From Octopus vulgaris (taxonomy: Eukaryota), in contig OX597843.1 of NCBI GenBank assembly GCA_951406725.2, positions 4,092,001 through 4,156,000 of the forward strand: 64,000 bases of DNA, in the 5' to 3' direction. The translations under genes were made by a program, and so were the position numbers. The notes below the pieces were generated by a model, which saw only the letters and a program-made list of their open reading frames with translations, ran no database searches and had not been told where the DNA came from. Every line of letters begins with the position of its first letter. Position 1 is the first letter of the stretch. Shown here in pieces: positions 31,456 to 46,191 of this stretch.

Positions 31456-33075
31456 ACATATACATATATATACATATACATATATATACATATATATATA
31501 TGGATGTGTGTTTGTGTGTCTGTGTTTGTCCCCCTAGCATTGCTTGACAACCGATGCTGGTGTGTTTACGTCGCCGTCAACTAGCGGTTCGGCAAAATAG
31601 AACCGATAGAATAAGTACTGGGCTTACAAAGAATAAGTCCCGATGCTCCAGCATGGCCGCAGTCAAATGACTGAAAGAGAGTAACACACAACAACACAAA
31701 GTAAGGATCGACTCGTCACGACGAGCTGGCGCGGATGCGCGACTGCGCGCACCGGGACCACTGTTCGCTAGTAGTACCTATTTCTTTATTACCCACAAGG
31801 GGATAAACACAGAGGGGACAAACAAGGACAGACAAAGGGATTAAGTCGATTATATCGACCCCCGTGCGTAACTGGTACTTAATTTATCGACCTCGAAAGG
31901 ATGAAAGGCAAAGTCGACCTCGGCTTACAAAGAATAAGTGCCGGGGTCGATTTGCTAGGCTAAAAGGCGGTGCTCCAGCATGGCCGCAGTCAAAATGACT
32001 GAAAGAGAGTAACACACAAAAACACAAAGTAAGGATCGACTCGTCGTGACAAGCAGGCACGGATGCGCGACTGCGCGTGTGTGTGCACCGGGACCACTGT
32101 TCGCTAGTAGAACCCAGAGAGACAGAAAGAGAGAGAGAAAAGCGTGGTCGATGCTATGTTGACGGAACGAACACACGAACACAGACACAGAGCGCGGTGT
32201 GTGTGTGTGTGTGCGATTGCGTGTGTGCATCATAGCATCGACCTCGCTCGGTGTCTGTTGATCAAGTCAACGGGACGGACACACAGACACAGAAAGTGGA
32301 GTTACAGATACATTGCACACACGCAATCACACACACGCTTCATTTTCCACTCTAAGGCACGAGGCCCGAAATTTTGGGGAAAAGGGGGGGGCAGTCGATT
32401 CACATCGACCGCAGTACGTAACTGGTACTTGATTTATCGACCCCCCCCCCGAGAGGATGAAAGGCAAAGTCGACCGCGGTACGACTAGCGAACAGTGGTC
32501 CCGGTGCGCGCACGCGCGCTAGCTAGTCATGACCAGTCGATCCTACAACGACCACCTAGGAAAGTAAATAAAACAAAAACACAAAGTAAATAACAACCAC
32601 ATGGTTCCGGGTTCAGTCTGCACTGCGTGGCTTCTTGGGCAAGTGTCTTCTACTAAAGCCTTGGGCCGACCAAAGGCTTGTGAGTGGATTTGGTAGACGG
32701 AAACTGAAAGAAGCCTGTCGTGTATATGTATATATATGTGTGTGTGTTTGTCCCCCTAGCATTGCTTGACAACCGATGCTGGTGTGTTTATGTCCGTCAC
32801 TTAGTGGTTCAGCAAAAGAGACCGATAGAAAAAGGAAAGAGCTTACAAAGAATAAGGCCTGGTGTTGATTTGCTCGACTAAAGGCGGTGCTCCAGCACGG
32901 CCGCAGTCAAATGACTGAAATAAATAAAAGAATGCACACTTGCTTACGAACCACATGGTTCCGGGTTCAGTCCCACTGCGTGGCACCTTGGGCAAGTGTC
33001 TTCTACTATAGCCCCGGGCCGACTAAAGCCTTGTGAGGGGATTTGGTAGACGGAAACTGAAAGAAGCCTGTCGTA

Positions 33076-33123
<48 letters not shown>

Positions 33124-33803
33124 CATGTGTGTGTTTGTGTGTCTGTGTTTGTCCCCCTAGCATTGCTTGACAACCGATGCTGGTGTGTTTATGTCTCCGT
33201 TACTTAGCGGTTCGGCAAAAGAGAACCGACAGAATAAGTACTGGGCTTACAAAAAGAATAAGTCCCGGGGTCGACTTGCTCGACTTAAAAGGCGGTGCTC
33301 CAGCATGGCCGCAGTCAAACGACTGAAACAAGTAAAAGAGTAAAAAGAGAGAGTCGACCCGTCACGACGAGAGGGCGCGGATGCGCGTGCACCGGGACCA
33401 CTGTTCGCTAGTAGTACCCAGACACAGAGAGAGAGAGAGAGAGCGAGGTGGATGCTACGTCTACGGAACGAACACACAGACACAGAGCGCGGTCGATGCT
33501 ATAATGCACACACGCAATCGCACACACACACCGCGCTCTCTCTCTCTCTCTCTCTCTGTTGATCTCAAATCAACGGAACGGACACACAGACACAGACGTC
33601 GAGTACAGATACCTGCACACACGCAATCGCACACACGCAATTATCACACACGCATCGCGCTCTGTCTCTGTGTTCGTGTGTTCGTTCCGTTGATTTGATC
33701 AACAGAGACAGAGCGCGATGCGTGTGTGCGATTGCGTGTGTGCAGGTATCTATGCTATGACATCTCTGTGTCTGTGTGTTCGTTCCGTAGACATAGCATC
33801 CAC

Positions 33804-33848
<45 letters not shown>

Positions 33849-34513
33849 GATCTCAAATCAACGGAACGAACACACAGACACAGAAAGTGGAGTTACATAT
33901 ACATTGCACACACGCAATCACACACGCATTATTTTCTACTCTAGGCACAAGGCCCGAAATTTTGGGGAAGGCGGGGGGGGGGGGCAGTCGATTTACATTG
34001 TCCCTCTGTGCGTAACTGGTACTTGATTTATCGACCCCCCTGAAAGGATGAAAAGCAAAGTCGACCTCGGTACTACTAGCGAACAGTGGTCCTGGTGCGC
34101 GCACTCGCATAGTTAGTCGTGACCAGTCGATCCTACAACGACCTACCTGGCAAAGTAAATAAAACACAAAATAAAATAAAACAAAAACACAAAGTAAATA
34201 ACAACCACATGGTTCCGGGTTCAGTCCCACTGCGTGGCACCTTGGACAAGTGTCTTCTGCTATAGCCTTGGGCCGACCAAAGCCTTGTGAGTGGATTTGG
34301 TAGACGGAAACTGAAAGAAGCCCGTCGTATATATGTATATATATATATGTGTGTGTGTATATATATATCTACATATACATATATATACATATACATATAC
34401 ATACATATACATATACATACATATACATATACATACATATACATATATATACATATACATATATATACATATACATATATATAGAGTATAGATTGAATTA
34501 ATATATATGTTCC

Positions 34514-34577
34514 ATTCTAGCAAAAACTGTCTGATGAACGGCAACGAGAAACTCAGAGTAACAGATTTTGTTGAATT
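34514..34577 (+). ncRNA. Type I hammerhead ribozyme motif
   Basis: AGCAAAAACTGT-CTGATGA-ACGGCAACGA-GAAA-CTCAGAG-TA-ACAGATTTTGTT: intact core, 11/12-bp stem I, GNRA-capped short stem II (A.A at base), stem III. Confidence 0.75.
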
Positions 34578-35617
34578 TTCTGCTGCTTAAAATAAAGTAT
34601 ACATATATATACATATACACAAGTTAGACATGGCCTGGGCCAATAATGGCCGAAACCTATCAAAGTATCAAAGTATACATACATATACATATATATACAT
34701 ATACATATATATATATACATATACATACATATACATATATATACATATACATACATATACATATATATACATATACATACATATACATACATATACATAT
34801 ATATACATATACATATATATATATACATATATATACATACATATACATATACATACATATACATATACATACATATACATATATATACATATACATATAT
34901 ATATACATATACATACATATACATACATATACATACATATACATATATATACATATACATATATATACATATACATATATATACATATATATACATATAC
35001 ATATACATACATATACATATATATACATATACATATATATACATATATATACATATACATACATATATATACATATACATATATATATATATATATATGT
35101 GTGTGTGTTTGCGTGTATGTGTTTGTCCCCCTAGCATTGCTTGACAACCGATGCTGGTGTGTTTACGTCCCCGTCACCTAGCGGTTCGGCAAAAGATAGA
35201 CCGATAGAACAAGTACTGGGCTTACAAAGAATAAGTCCCGGGGTCGATTTGCTCGACTAAAAAGGCGGTGCTCCAGCATGGCCGCAGCCAAAAGAATGAA
35301 ACAAGTAAAAGAGAGTAACACACAAAGTAAGGATCGACTAGTCACGACTAGCCGGCACGGATGCGCGTGTGCGCGCACCGGGACCACTGTTCGCTAGTAG
35401 AACCCAGCCACAGAGAGAGAGAGAGAGCGAGGTGGATGCTATGTCTACGGAACGAACACACAGACACAGAGACGTCACAGCATAGATACCTGCACACACG
35501 CAATCGCACACACGCATCGCGCTCTGTGTCTGTTGATCAAATCAACGGAACGAACACACGAACACAGACGTCGAGTACAGATTAGTGCACACACGCAATC
35601 ACACACACACGCACACA

Positions 35618-35655
<38 letters not shown>

Positions 35656-36147
35656 GATCAAATCAACGGGACGAACACACGAACACAGACACAGAGCGCG
35701 ATGCGTGTGTGCGATTGCGTGTGTGCAGGTATGTATGCTACGACATCTCTGTGTCTGTGTGTCCGTTCCGTTGATTTGATCAACAGAGAGAGAGAGAGAG
35801 AGAGCGAGGTGGATGCTACGTCTACGGAACGAACACACAGACACAGAGCGCGGTCGATGCTATGATGCACACACGCAATCGCACACACACACCGCGCTCT
35901 CTCTCTCTCTCTCTGTTGATCTCAAATCAACGGAACGGACACACAGACACAGACGTCGAGTACAGATACCCGCACACACGCAATCGCACACACGCAATCG
36001 CGCTCTGTCTCTGTGTTCGTGTGTTCGTTCCGTTGATTTGATCAACAGACACAGAGCGCGATGCGTGTGTGCGATTGCGTGTGTGCAGGTATCTATGCTA
36101 CGACATCTCTGTGTCTGTGTGTTCGTTCCGTCTACATAGCATCGACG

Positions 36148-36184
<37 letters not shown>

Positions 36185-36612
36185 CTGTTGATCAAATCAA
36201 CGGAACGAACACACAGACACAGAAAGTGGAGTTACAGATACATTGCACACACGCAATCACACACACGCATTATTTTCTACTCTAGGCACAAGGCCCGGAA
36301 TTTTAGGGGAGGAGGTGCCATTCGATTACATTGTCCCAGTGTGTAACTGGTACTACTTGAGAAGAGTGGTCCCGGTAGCTAGTCATGACTAGTCGATCCT
36401 TCCTTTGTGTTTTTGTGTGTTACTCTCTTTTACTTGTTTCAGTCGTTTGACTGCGGCCATGCTGGAGCACCGCCTTTAATCAAGCAAATCGACCCCGGGA
36501 CTTATTCTTTTGTAAGCCCAGTACTTATTCTATCGATGTCTTTTGCCGAACCGCTAAGTTACGGGAACGTAAACACACCAGCATCGGTTGTCAAGCAATG
36601 CTAGGGGGACAA

Positions 36613-36649
<37 letters not shown>

Positions 36650-37794
36650 CACATATATACGACAGGCTTCTTTCAGTTTCCGTCTACCAAATCCACTCAC
36701 AAGGCATTGGTCGGCCCGGGGCTATAGCAGAAGACACTTGCCCAAGATGCCACGCAGTGGGACTGAACCCGGAACCATGTGGTTGTTATTTACTTCTTTT
36801 AAAAAAATTATTTATTTTGTGTTTTATTTACTTTGCTAGTCGGTCGTTGTAGGACCGACTAGTCACGACTGGCTAGCGCGGATGCGCGACTACGCAAGTG
36901 CGCGCACCGGGACCTCTCTTCTCAAGTAGTACCGAGGTCGACTTTGCCTTTCATCCTTTCGGGGTCGATAAATTAAGTACCAGTTACGCACTGGGGTCGA
37001 TCTAATCGACTGGCCCCCTCCCCCCAAGGGAATTGTAACCAACTTTTGTTTAAAACCTGGGGGTTTTTTTTTCTAAATACTCTGACGAGAGAAAAGATTG
37101 TAAATTTGATGCTACATAAAATAAGGGGTAACCGTGTACTAAAGCGTCGTTTAAACGGAAACCTACACAAGTACACACATACGACGTTGTTTAAAGCTTA
37201 ACAGTCAAAATTTTTAAATATTGATTTTATTTTTTCCCACCCCTCCCAGTATAACGTATAATTTAATTGTTATTTATTTAATTCAAACTCATGTTTACTT
37301 CATACACAAGAAGAATTATTGATCTCTATATATAGCAAGAAGATATATCTGTGTGTGTGTGTGTGCGTGTTCTGTTTAAAAAAATGTGAACCACAATTTA
37401 AAGTGAAGGGAACAGTACTTGTTTTAAGAATGTATACGTATGCACATATATTTAAATGATACACACGCCCTATGTATGTGTATATACAGGCAAACATCGC
37501 TACGTATATATACACATATATATATATATATAGTACAATGTAAGATAGGGGTTGTGAATGTAACCCACTATGGGATATCAGTTATCCAATATTCTGTTGG
37601 TAAAGTACCCAAATTCTTAATACATAAATGCTTTATATATAATAAATATATGTATATATATTTGAATTTGGGGCAGCGGATGCAAGGATATTTTGTAAAT
37701 AAACGTACATGTGTACGTTTAACATACATTGGGTATGTATATTTATTTATGATGTACATACTTATAAGGTGTGTGTATACATAGCGAGCTGTGT

Positions 37795-37806
37795 AGATAG
37801 ACAGAC

Positions 37807-37868
<62 letters not shown>

Positions 37869-37885
37869 GTAGGTAGGTAGGTAGG

Positions 37886-37956
<71 letters not shown>

Positions 37957-37971
37957 GATAGATAGATAGAT

Positions 37972-38005
<34 letters not shown>

Positions 38006-38062
38006 GTAGATAGATAAATAGATAGATAGATGGATGAATAGATAGATAGATAGATAGATAGG
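37795..38062. repeat. (GATA)n microsatellite
   Basis: Directly visible; others at 48464-48770 and 62104-62200. Confidence 0.95.
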
Positions 38063-38489
38063 TGTTGTTGTTTAGCTTTAGTCCTGATCTAATAGATCTA
38101 GGAACAATGAGATTTTAGCCACGATCTTAGTTCTTTTATTTTAGACATAGGCTACATTGTCGAATCTATCTTTTTCTCGTATGATCATGAGTGATTTGGG
38201 AGAGATTTCACTAATATTTCCAGCAGATCTATCGACCAGAACCACGAATAATACCCGTCTTTTGTATATTTGGTGTATAGGTATGGTTGTAAAATCGTCT
38301 ATGTTGTGTATTTAAAATTTGACGAACGTAAAAAAAAAAGAGGGGGAGAGATTCTAGGTTTTTGTCGCCGACGCTTTAGTATACTTATACCGAGCACTTC
38401 ACTAAAGAAAGATAGACAGACAGATAGAAAGAAAGAAAATACTGGGAAATAATTAAAGCCGGGGTGAAGGAGAGGGGAGGGTAAAAAAG

Positions 38490-38960
38490 GCCAATAAAAA
38501 TATCAGAAACAAACGAACCTGTGTTGATGAAGGACGGTGGATGAGTTTTCGTCAAGTTGGTTGGTCAATGAAGGAACCAGTGAGAAGGCTGCACCATTAA
38601 AAAAAGCCACAGAAATCCACCAACCAAACCAGATCACAACAAGCCAAGATGGTCGCTGAGAGCGAAAGAAGAAGTGTTGCGATGTTTTGATAGTTTTTTG
38701 AGGGAAAAAACACACAACGTGGCCGAGTCGTGTGTGAATAAATTTAAAGGTTTCAAAAGCGTCGAATTGTCGTTGTGTTTTTATATAAAACTGTTGTTAT
38801 TTGGTCAGGTATTTCGGAAATCTAGCTACGAAAGGGTCTATTTTTGCCTGTTTTGTGTTCGATGTTTAACTTTTCATGATGGCTTCTTTGTCAAGATGGA
38901 GGCGCACTGATTAATATGGCGGCGGTGAGGCAGTAGGAGTTAGAGTAGAGGCGGCGGCGG
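38490..38960. promoter_or_regulatory. Candidate promoter / non-coding first exon (possibly of NF-YB)
   Basis: Unique, CpG-retaining stretch with YY1-like AATATGGCGGCGG and CAAGATGG, CCAAT at 38491, and a minus-strand donor-like CAG|GTTCGT near 38518. Confidence 0.35.
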
Positions 38961-39563
38961 TGGTGATAATGGTGATGGTGGTGGTGGAAGCTACGTTCGT
39001 GGTACTAATGTACTCAGGTAGGGGTCGGGGATATATATATGTATATATTCGTAGAGATGCTATAGAGCTGGGGAAGGTGGTGATAATGGCGATGATGATG
39101 TCGATACAGGCTGCTGTAGTTAGTGATGGGGGAAGAGTTATGGCTGGTGGTAGTAGTGGTGGAGATGGTAAAATCTGCTATACTCATTGCTAATGATGGT
39201 GGTGATAATAGCTGGTGGCGGAGGTGGCGATGGTTAAAAAACTGCTATACTCGTTGTAGTTGGTGGTGGTGGTGATGGTAAATGGTGATGTAATTGTTGT
39301 TGTTAGTGATGGTGATGGAAAAAGCTGCCGTTTTAATTATTATTGGAGGTGATGGGGGTGACGAACATGGTTAAGGCCGACGTAGTTATTGTTGTTGTTG
39401 TTGGTGGTGGTGATGGCGTTGGTCGAAACGGTGGTTCTTTTACTCTTTTACTTGTTTCAGTCATTTGACTGCGGCCATGCTGGAGCACCGCCTTTTTAGT
39501 CGAGCAAATCGACCTCCAGGACTTATTCTTTGTAAGCCTAGTACTTATTCTATCGGATCTCTT

Positions 39564-39663
39564 NNNNNNNNNNNNNNNNNNNNNNNNNNNNNNNNNNNNN
39601 NNNNNNNNNNNNNNNNNNNNNNNNNNNNNNNNNNNNNNNNNNNNNNNNNNNNNNNNNNNNNNN
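39564..39663. other. Assembly gap (100 N)
   Basis: Run of n. Confidence 0.99.
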
Positions 39664-39860
39664 TGTCGAATTTATCGATTTTTTTCAGAACTGGGGGAAC
39701 TTTTCAAAATTTTCACTGCGTTAGTTTTGAATTATGACATTGGGCTATGTGTGTGTCAAGTTTCATCAGAATCGGTTGAAAGCCGTGGTCAGGGTGAGGG
39801 TACAACCTGACAGACACACAGAAACACACACAGACAAACTGCCGTTTATATATAGAGAGA
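39664..39860 (-). mobile_element. 5' end of Helitron-type element abutting the gap
   Basis: Minus-strand TCTCTCTATATATAAACGGCAG start resembles the 13386 element start. Confidence 0.45.
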
Positions 39861-39934
39861 TATTATATTAAATTAGAGATAAAACCACTATTAGGCAAAT
39901 CAAACAGTGAAAAACAAGCCAATACATAAAAAAT

Positions 39935-41140
39935 GGGGTAGAGCAAGGTTGTGTCCTTGCTCCTACATTATTTGGCATCTTCTTCTCGCTGCTGCTGTCA
40001 CATGCTTTGAGACATCAGATGATGAAGTGTTTCTGCACAGTAGAAGTGATGGGAAACTGTTCAATCTCTCGCATCTGCGTGCCAAGACCAAAATCTCAGA
40101 AGCGTTCTGATCAAGGAGATGCTATTTGCTGATGATGCCGCTCTGGTATCACACACAGAAGAAGCCCTACGAAGGCTCAGCAACTGTTTTGAGCAAGCAT
40201 TTGGCAACTTTGGCTTAGTTATCAGCCTCAAGAAGACCAACATCATGGGTCAGGCTACATCGGACATCCCAAACATACATATTGGAGACCACAGAGTATA
40301 GGAGGTGGAGAAGTTTACCTATCTTGGCTCTACCGTCACCTACAACCTATCCCTTGATGCTGAGCTCAATATACGCATTGGCAAGGCAGCTGCTGTGATG
40401 GCCCAACTCACCAAACGCGCATGAGACAACAATAAGCTGACCAAGACCACAAAAATGAAGATTTACCAGGCATGTGTACTTAGCACTTTACTGTATGACT
40501 CTGACGCCATACACACGCCATACGACGCCATACGTCGCCTAAATATCTTTCATCTGCGCTGTCTCCGGAAAATCCATCGCATCAAATGGCAGAATCATGT
40601 CCCTAACAAAGATGTCCTCAAGCAAGCAGGAATACCAAGCATGTTTGCACTCTTCACACAAAGACGTATGAGATGGCTTGGACATGTTAGCCGTATGGAA
40701 GATGGCAGAATCCCCAAGGACATACTCAACGGAGAGCTTGCTAGGGGCACTAGGTCTGTGGGAAGACCGTTCTTACGATACAAGGATGTTTGCAAAAGGG
40801 ACATGAATGCCTGCAACATCAATATTACCAACTGGGAAGCAGTTGCCAGCAACCGTGGAGATTGGCGACGTACCGTAAAAGAGGGAACACAAAGGAGTGA
40901 CATAGTGAGAAAGGAGAAATGGAAAGACAAGAAAAGACGTCAACAAGAAACTATGACATTACAACCAGTCAGACAAAGTCTTCGCTACATTTACGGCACC
41001 TGCCAGAGGGAGTGTTTGTCCTGGATAGGACTACACAGCCACAGCAAGAGATATATTAGGACATGAAATGTAAAAGCCGGACTAGATTATTTTATGCGCA
41101 ACTCCATTGTCTCCCGAGACAAAAAGGATGCCAACAACAA
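39935..41140 (+). mobile_element. RTE/BovB-type LINE 3' fragment, degraded
   Basis: MLFADDAAL, YLGS, IYQACVLSTLLY, RWLGHVSRMEDGRIPKDILNGEL, terminal CxxC..H..H; stops and frameshifts; (CAA)n tail. Confidence 0.9.
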
Positions 41141-41431
41141 TATATATGGATTTCGTAGACAGGAACTGTAACAAATAAATCGTATATATATGTATGTATA
41201 TGTGTAAGTGTATGTGTGTGTCTTTGTCTCTGTGTTTCGCCCTCATCACTGTTCACAACTGCTGTTCACTTATTTACATCCACATAACTTACTGGTTTCA
41301 CAAGAACAAACTAATAGAGTAAGTACTAGGCTTATCAACATAAAAAAACACTAGGCTGTGTCTCATATTTTTGTTTGCCCACTCAGTTGTATCTATCAAT
41401 TTATCTTTGTATGTGTGCATGTGTGTGTGTA

Positions 41432-41439
41432 TCTATCTA

Positions 41440-41499
<60 letters not shown>

Positions 41500-42803
41500 C
41501 ACCCTAATGGGAGCCTTAAATCCCAAATTTTAGTAATTTCTTTTATGATCCAAAACTTGGTCAAAAGTACTGAATGGATCTTTATGAAATTTGGAAATTA
41601 TATTCTATGCATAAGGGCCATAACGCCCATGACAATTCATGTATTTTTACTGTTGATGACATTTTAACCATAGACAAATGAAGTAATATCTATAAAATTT
41701 CATCTTACAAAGTTAGAAAGACCCCTCCATGGGGACTTAACATCTACAATTTTGTCATTTTATCTAAGCAAAAATGAGTACAGTTGTGCTCTTGGAAGCT
41801 GTAGGGTTACCCGAGCATAAAATATGAGCATTATTTGTAATTCAATGGTACAACAGTGTAACACTTTGCTTTGACATACACTTACATTGTGATTTCTGCA
41901 ATGTGCTGCATAAATTGTCAAGTAAATGAGAGGCATCTTTGCCTCCACTGATTCAGTTGCAAAGTGTAGAGTAAAATTTATTTGATTGCAGACCTCCTTT
42001 CAATCTTTTTATTATCACTCGGTCACACATAGTCCCCAGATGGTAACATTGATTTCAAGGCCTTCCCAGATGAGTGACTTGTTATTCGAAGACATTTATA
42101 GATTTTAAATCTATTCTGTCCAGTTACGTATCAGTATAGTGGTCATTTGCAAACTACAGAGGTGACACTTTCATTTCTCTTTAGCCCTCACGTCAAACAG
42201 TTGTTAATGTTGATTTCAGTTGGGTCACGCCCTTCCAATTGCTATAGATTCGTAATGCATCTTACGGCTGTGCCTGTCACCTGGATGGTGAGGAATCTTA
42301 CATTAGGAGTGGTAACGACTAGGGTAGGGTAACTGACTGCTTATTGTGATCATTCGTCTTTTGGTTTCCTGTAGCTTTACTCTCTTTTACAAACCCAGTG
42401 AACATATATTTCCTGTTTCAAAGAAATTTAAACAATAGATATAAGACCCAAGTTAAAAAGATTTTCAACAATTCAACTTCTCTGGTTGACATTAAGATGC
42501 CCACCCCCAACAGGGGCCTTAACTCTCACATTTTAGAGCTCCATGACCTTCATTTTTCAGGAACAAAATCTTTTTAACAAGTTAAATAAGACTGGAATTT
42601 TGGAATATGCGCATAAAAATCAGGATTATGGGATACATGTGGCACGATTACAATTTTTTAGGGTGTATAAAGATTGAAATAACCCTCATCTGCCATTTTG
42701 ATGAAATTCGAAACATAGATATTCCAGTTCATCACAGAAGATATAACAGAAAAGTCTAATTCTCCAATTGAATGTAATCGGGCAACGCCGGGTATCTCTG
42801 CTA

Positions 42804-42804
<1 letters not shown>
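41432..42804 (+). mobile_element. Non-autonomous Helitron-type element
   Basis: 3' end CGGGCAACGCCGGG...CTAG|T; 5' boundary inferred from TCTATATATA..AAA and uncertain. Confidence 0.62.
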
Positions 42805-42896
<92 letters not shown>

Positions 42897-42931
42897 TAGA
42901 TATACATTTACATATATGCATATATGCACAG

Positions 42932-42969
<38 letters not shown>

Positions 42970-42978
42970 ATATATATG

Positions 42979-43042
<64 letters not shown>

Positions 43043-43092
43043 CATATATATATATATGCCTGTGTGTATATACATATATATATATGTGTGTG

Positions 43093-43132
<40 letters not shown>

Positions 43133-43167
43133 TTAATTAATACTGCAAGAACATCACAAAAAAAAAA

Positions 43168-43245
43168 TACTCTTCAGAGTTTCACGTTCCCGTTCTTCGG
43201 GCCACAACTGCCCGACGAACGCGAACGTGAAACTCGGAATAGCAG
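43168..43245. ncRNA. Back-to-back pair of hammerhead-like motifs, one per strand
   Basis: Plus: CTGC-CCGACGA-ACGCGAACGT-GAAA-CTCGGAA-TA-GCAG; minus: CCGAAGA-ACGGGAACGT-GAAA-CTCTGAAGAG-TA. Confidence 0.55.
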
Positions 43246-43387
43246 GGTTTTTTGTGTGTGATACTTTTGCATCTTTCATTTTTAAAAAATGCATATTACT
43301 CTACCTCTGGTATTCGAGTACTAATTTATTCCACTTTATTTTGCAACTATGCGCTCACTACTGTGTGCGTGTATATATACACATATA

Positions 43388-43478
<91 letters not shown>

Positions 43479-43544
43479 GTATATATATATACGTATATAT
43501 ACAAAGACACAAAGAAACATTTTACGCAGCGTGCTAGCGGTTCT

Positions 43545-44328
43545 TTTCTACTCTAGGCACAGGACCCGAAATTTTAGGTCGACCCCAGTACGCAACTGGT
43601 ACTTAATTTATCGCTCCCGAAAGGATGAAAAGCAAAGTCGAATTCGGTGGAATTTGAACTTAGAACGTAGCGGCAAATAAAATACCTATTTCTTTACTAC
43701 CCACAAGGGGCTAAACACAGAGGGGACAATCAAGGACAGACAAACGGATTAAGTCGATTATATGGACCCCAGTGCGTTACTGGTACTTAATTCATCGACC
43801 CCGAAAGGATGAAAGGCAAAGTCGACCTCGGCGGAATTTGAACTCACAATGTAACAGCAGACGAAATACCGCTAAGCATTTCGCCCGGTGTCCTAACATT
43901 TCTGCCACCTCACAGCCCTTAATCAACATATAACCTTTTCTACTCAAGCACAAGGCCCGAAACTTGTGGCGAGGGGCTAGTCGAGTATATCGATCTCAGT
44001 ACGCAACTGGTACTTAATTTATCGACCCCGAAGCGAAGAAGGACAAAGTCGACCTCGGCAGAATTTGAACTCATTTCGCTTGGCGTGCTCACGTTTCTTA
44101 TTTCTTTATTGCTCGCAAGGGGCTAAACACAGAGGGGACAAACAAGGACAGAGGGATTAAGTCGATTACATAAACCCCAGTAAGTGACTGGTACTTATTT
44201 GATCGACCCCTAAAGGATGAAAGACAAAGTCGACCTCGACGGAATTTGAACTCGGAACGTAACGGCAGACGAAATACCACTAAGCATTTTGTCCGGCGTG
44301 CTAACAATTCTGCCACCTCACCGCCCTT
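43545..44328 (-). mobile_element. SINE family 2 cluster (two multimeric copies)
   Basis: Same body sequence, heads at about 43915 and 44326. Confidence 0.8.
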
Positions 44329-44556
44329 AATCAGCGTATATTATCGATTATCATTAAATGGAGATTAACGATCGGAAATTGGAAAACGCGATCCGTATAC
44401 TTTCGAGATAATGCTCAGCTTACCGCCACAATACAAATTGAAGATAATCAATAATACCTAATCGATCTCTCTTGCGGAAGTAATTAAACTTTAAACTAGG
44501 AAACATTATTGTTCCTTTCAATTTCATATTGATAATTCTCTCTCTCTTTCTCTTTC

Positions 44557-44756
44557 TCTCTTTTACTTGTTTCAGTCATTTGACTGCGGCCATGCTGGAG
44601 CACCGCCTTTAATCGAGCCCAGTACTTATTCTATAGTAAGCCCAGTACTTATTCTATCGGTTTCTTTTGCCGAACCGCTAAGTGACGGGGACGTAAACAC
44701 ACCAGCATCGGTTGTCAAGCAATGCTAGGGGGACAAACACAGACACAAAAACACAT

Positions 44757-44789
<33 letters not shown>

Positions 44790-44958
44790 CATATATACGA
44801 CAGGATTCTTTCGGTTTCCGTCTACCAAATCCACTCAGAAGGCATTGGTCGGCCCGGGGCTATAACAGAAGACATTTGCCCAAGATGCCACGCAGTGGGA
44901 CTGAACCCGGAACCATGTGGTTGGTTAGCAAGCTACTTACCACACAGCCACTCCTGCG

Positions 44959-45018
<60 letters not shown>

Positions 45019-45185
45019 TACAACGGGCTTCTTTCAGTTTCCGTCTACCAAATCCACTCACAAGGCTTTGGTCGGCCTGGGGCTACAGCAGAAGACACTT
45101 GCCCAAGATGCCACGAAGTGGGACTGAACCCGCAACCATGTGGTTGGTTAGCAAGCTACTTACCACACAGCCACCCCTGCGCCTA
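44557..45185 (-). mobile_element. SINE family 1, full copy plus extra 5' half
   Basis: Sequence identity to other copies; more 5' halves at 46708-46862 and three in tandem at 47365-47848. Confidence 0.85.
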
Positions 45186-45620
45186 TTGCTGATAATGATA
45201 AATATTGATGAGGATAAACTGATCGATTTTTGGATTGCTGTGGCTGTAATGACTACAAGAAAGTTATTGAACGATTAAAAGCCTTTTATCTTTTGTAGTT
45301 TACTTCTGAACTGCGGCCATGCTGGGGCACTGCCGTCATAAGGTTTGAGCCAGACAAAAAGTGACCCTAGTACTTATGTTTGTTTTGTTTTTGATTTCCT
45401 TTTTTTTTTTTGTCTTTTTTCTTCTTTTTTTTTAAATTTATATTTTTAAAGTCTGATGTTCAATTGTATCGATTTTCTTTTGCCGAACCGCTAATTCATG
45501 GGGACGTAAACCATTCAACACCGGTTGTCAAGCGGCGTGTGGATGGAGAGTTGACAAACACAGACACAGACAAACATATAACACGTACATGCACGTATAA
45601 CTGCATGTATGGGTGTTTGC

Positions 45621-45716
<96 letters not shown>

Positions 45717-45897
45717 ACCCTCCTTCCCTTCTTTCCTGAGCGTCAAATAATACTTTAATTGTTCCACGTCCTCGCGTTGCTGTGTTTTTTTCTGTGTTTT
45801 CTTGTTTGGATTAACTATATATATATATTTATGTATGTATGTATGCATGTATGCATGTATGCATGTATGTATGTATGTATGTATGTATGTATGTATG

Positions 45898-45957
<60 letters not shown>

Positions 45958-46139
45958 GACTGCGACTCAAAAATTTGAAGAAGTTAGCAGGCATGAAACG
46001 ATCGTAGTGTGATATTAATTATATTTTTTTATAATTTTGTTATATATTTAAATAATATAAATATAATAATCTTATGTATTGGCTTAAGTTTTTCATTGTT
46101 TGATTTGCCTAATAGTGGTTTTGTCTCTAATTTAATATA

Positions 46140-46191
<52 letters not shown>

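Noticed and set aside
45990-46012. GAAACGATCGTA half-hammerhead (also 53163-53180, minus)
   Set aside because: Only the 3' half with palindromic stem III is present; no pairable CUGANGA half, so not counted as a ribozyme.
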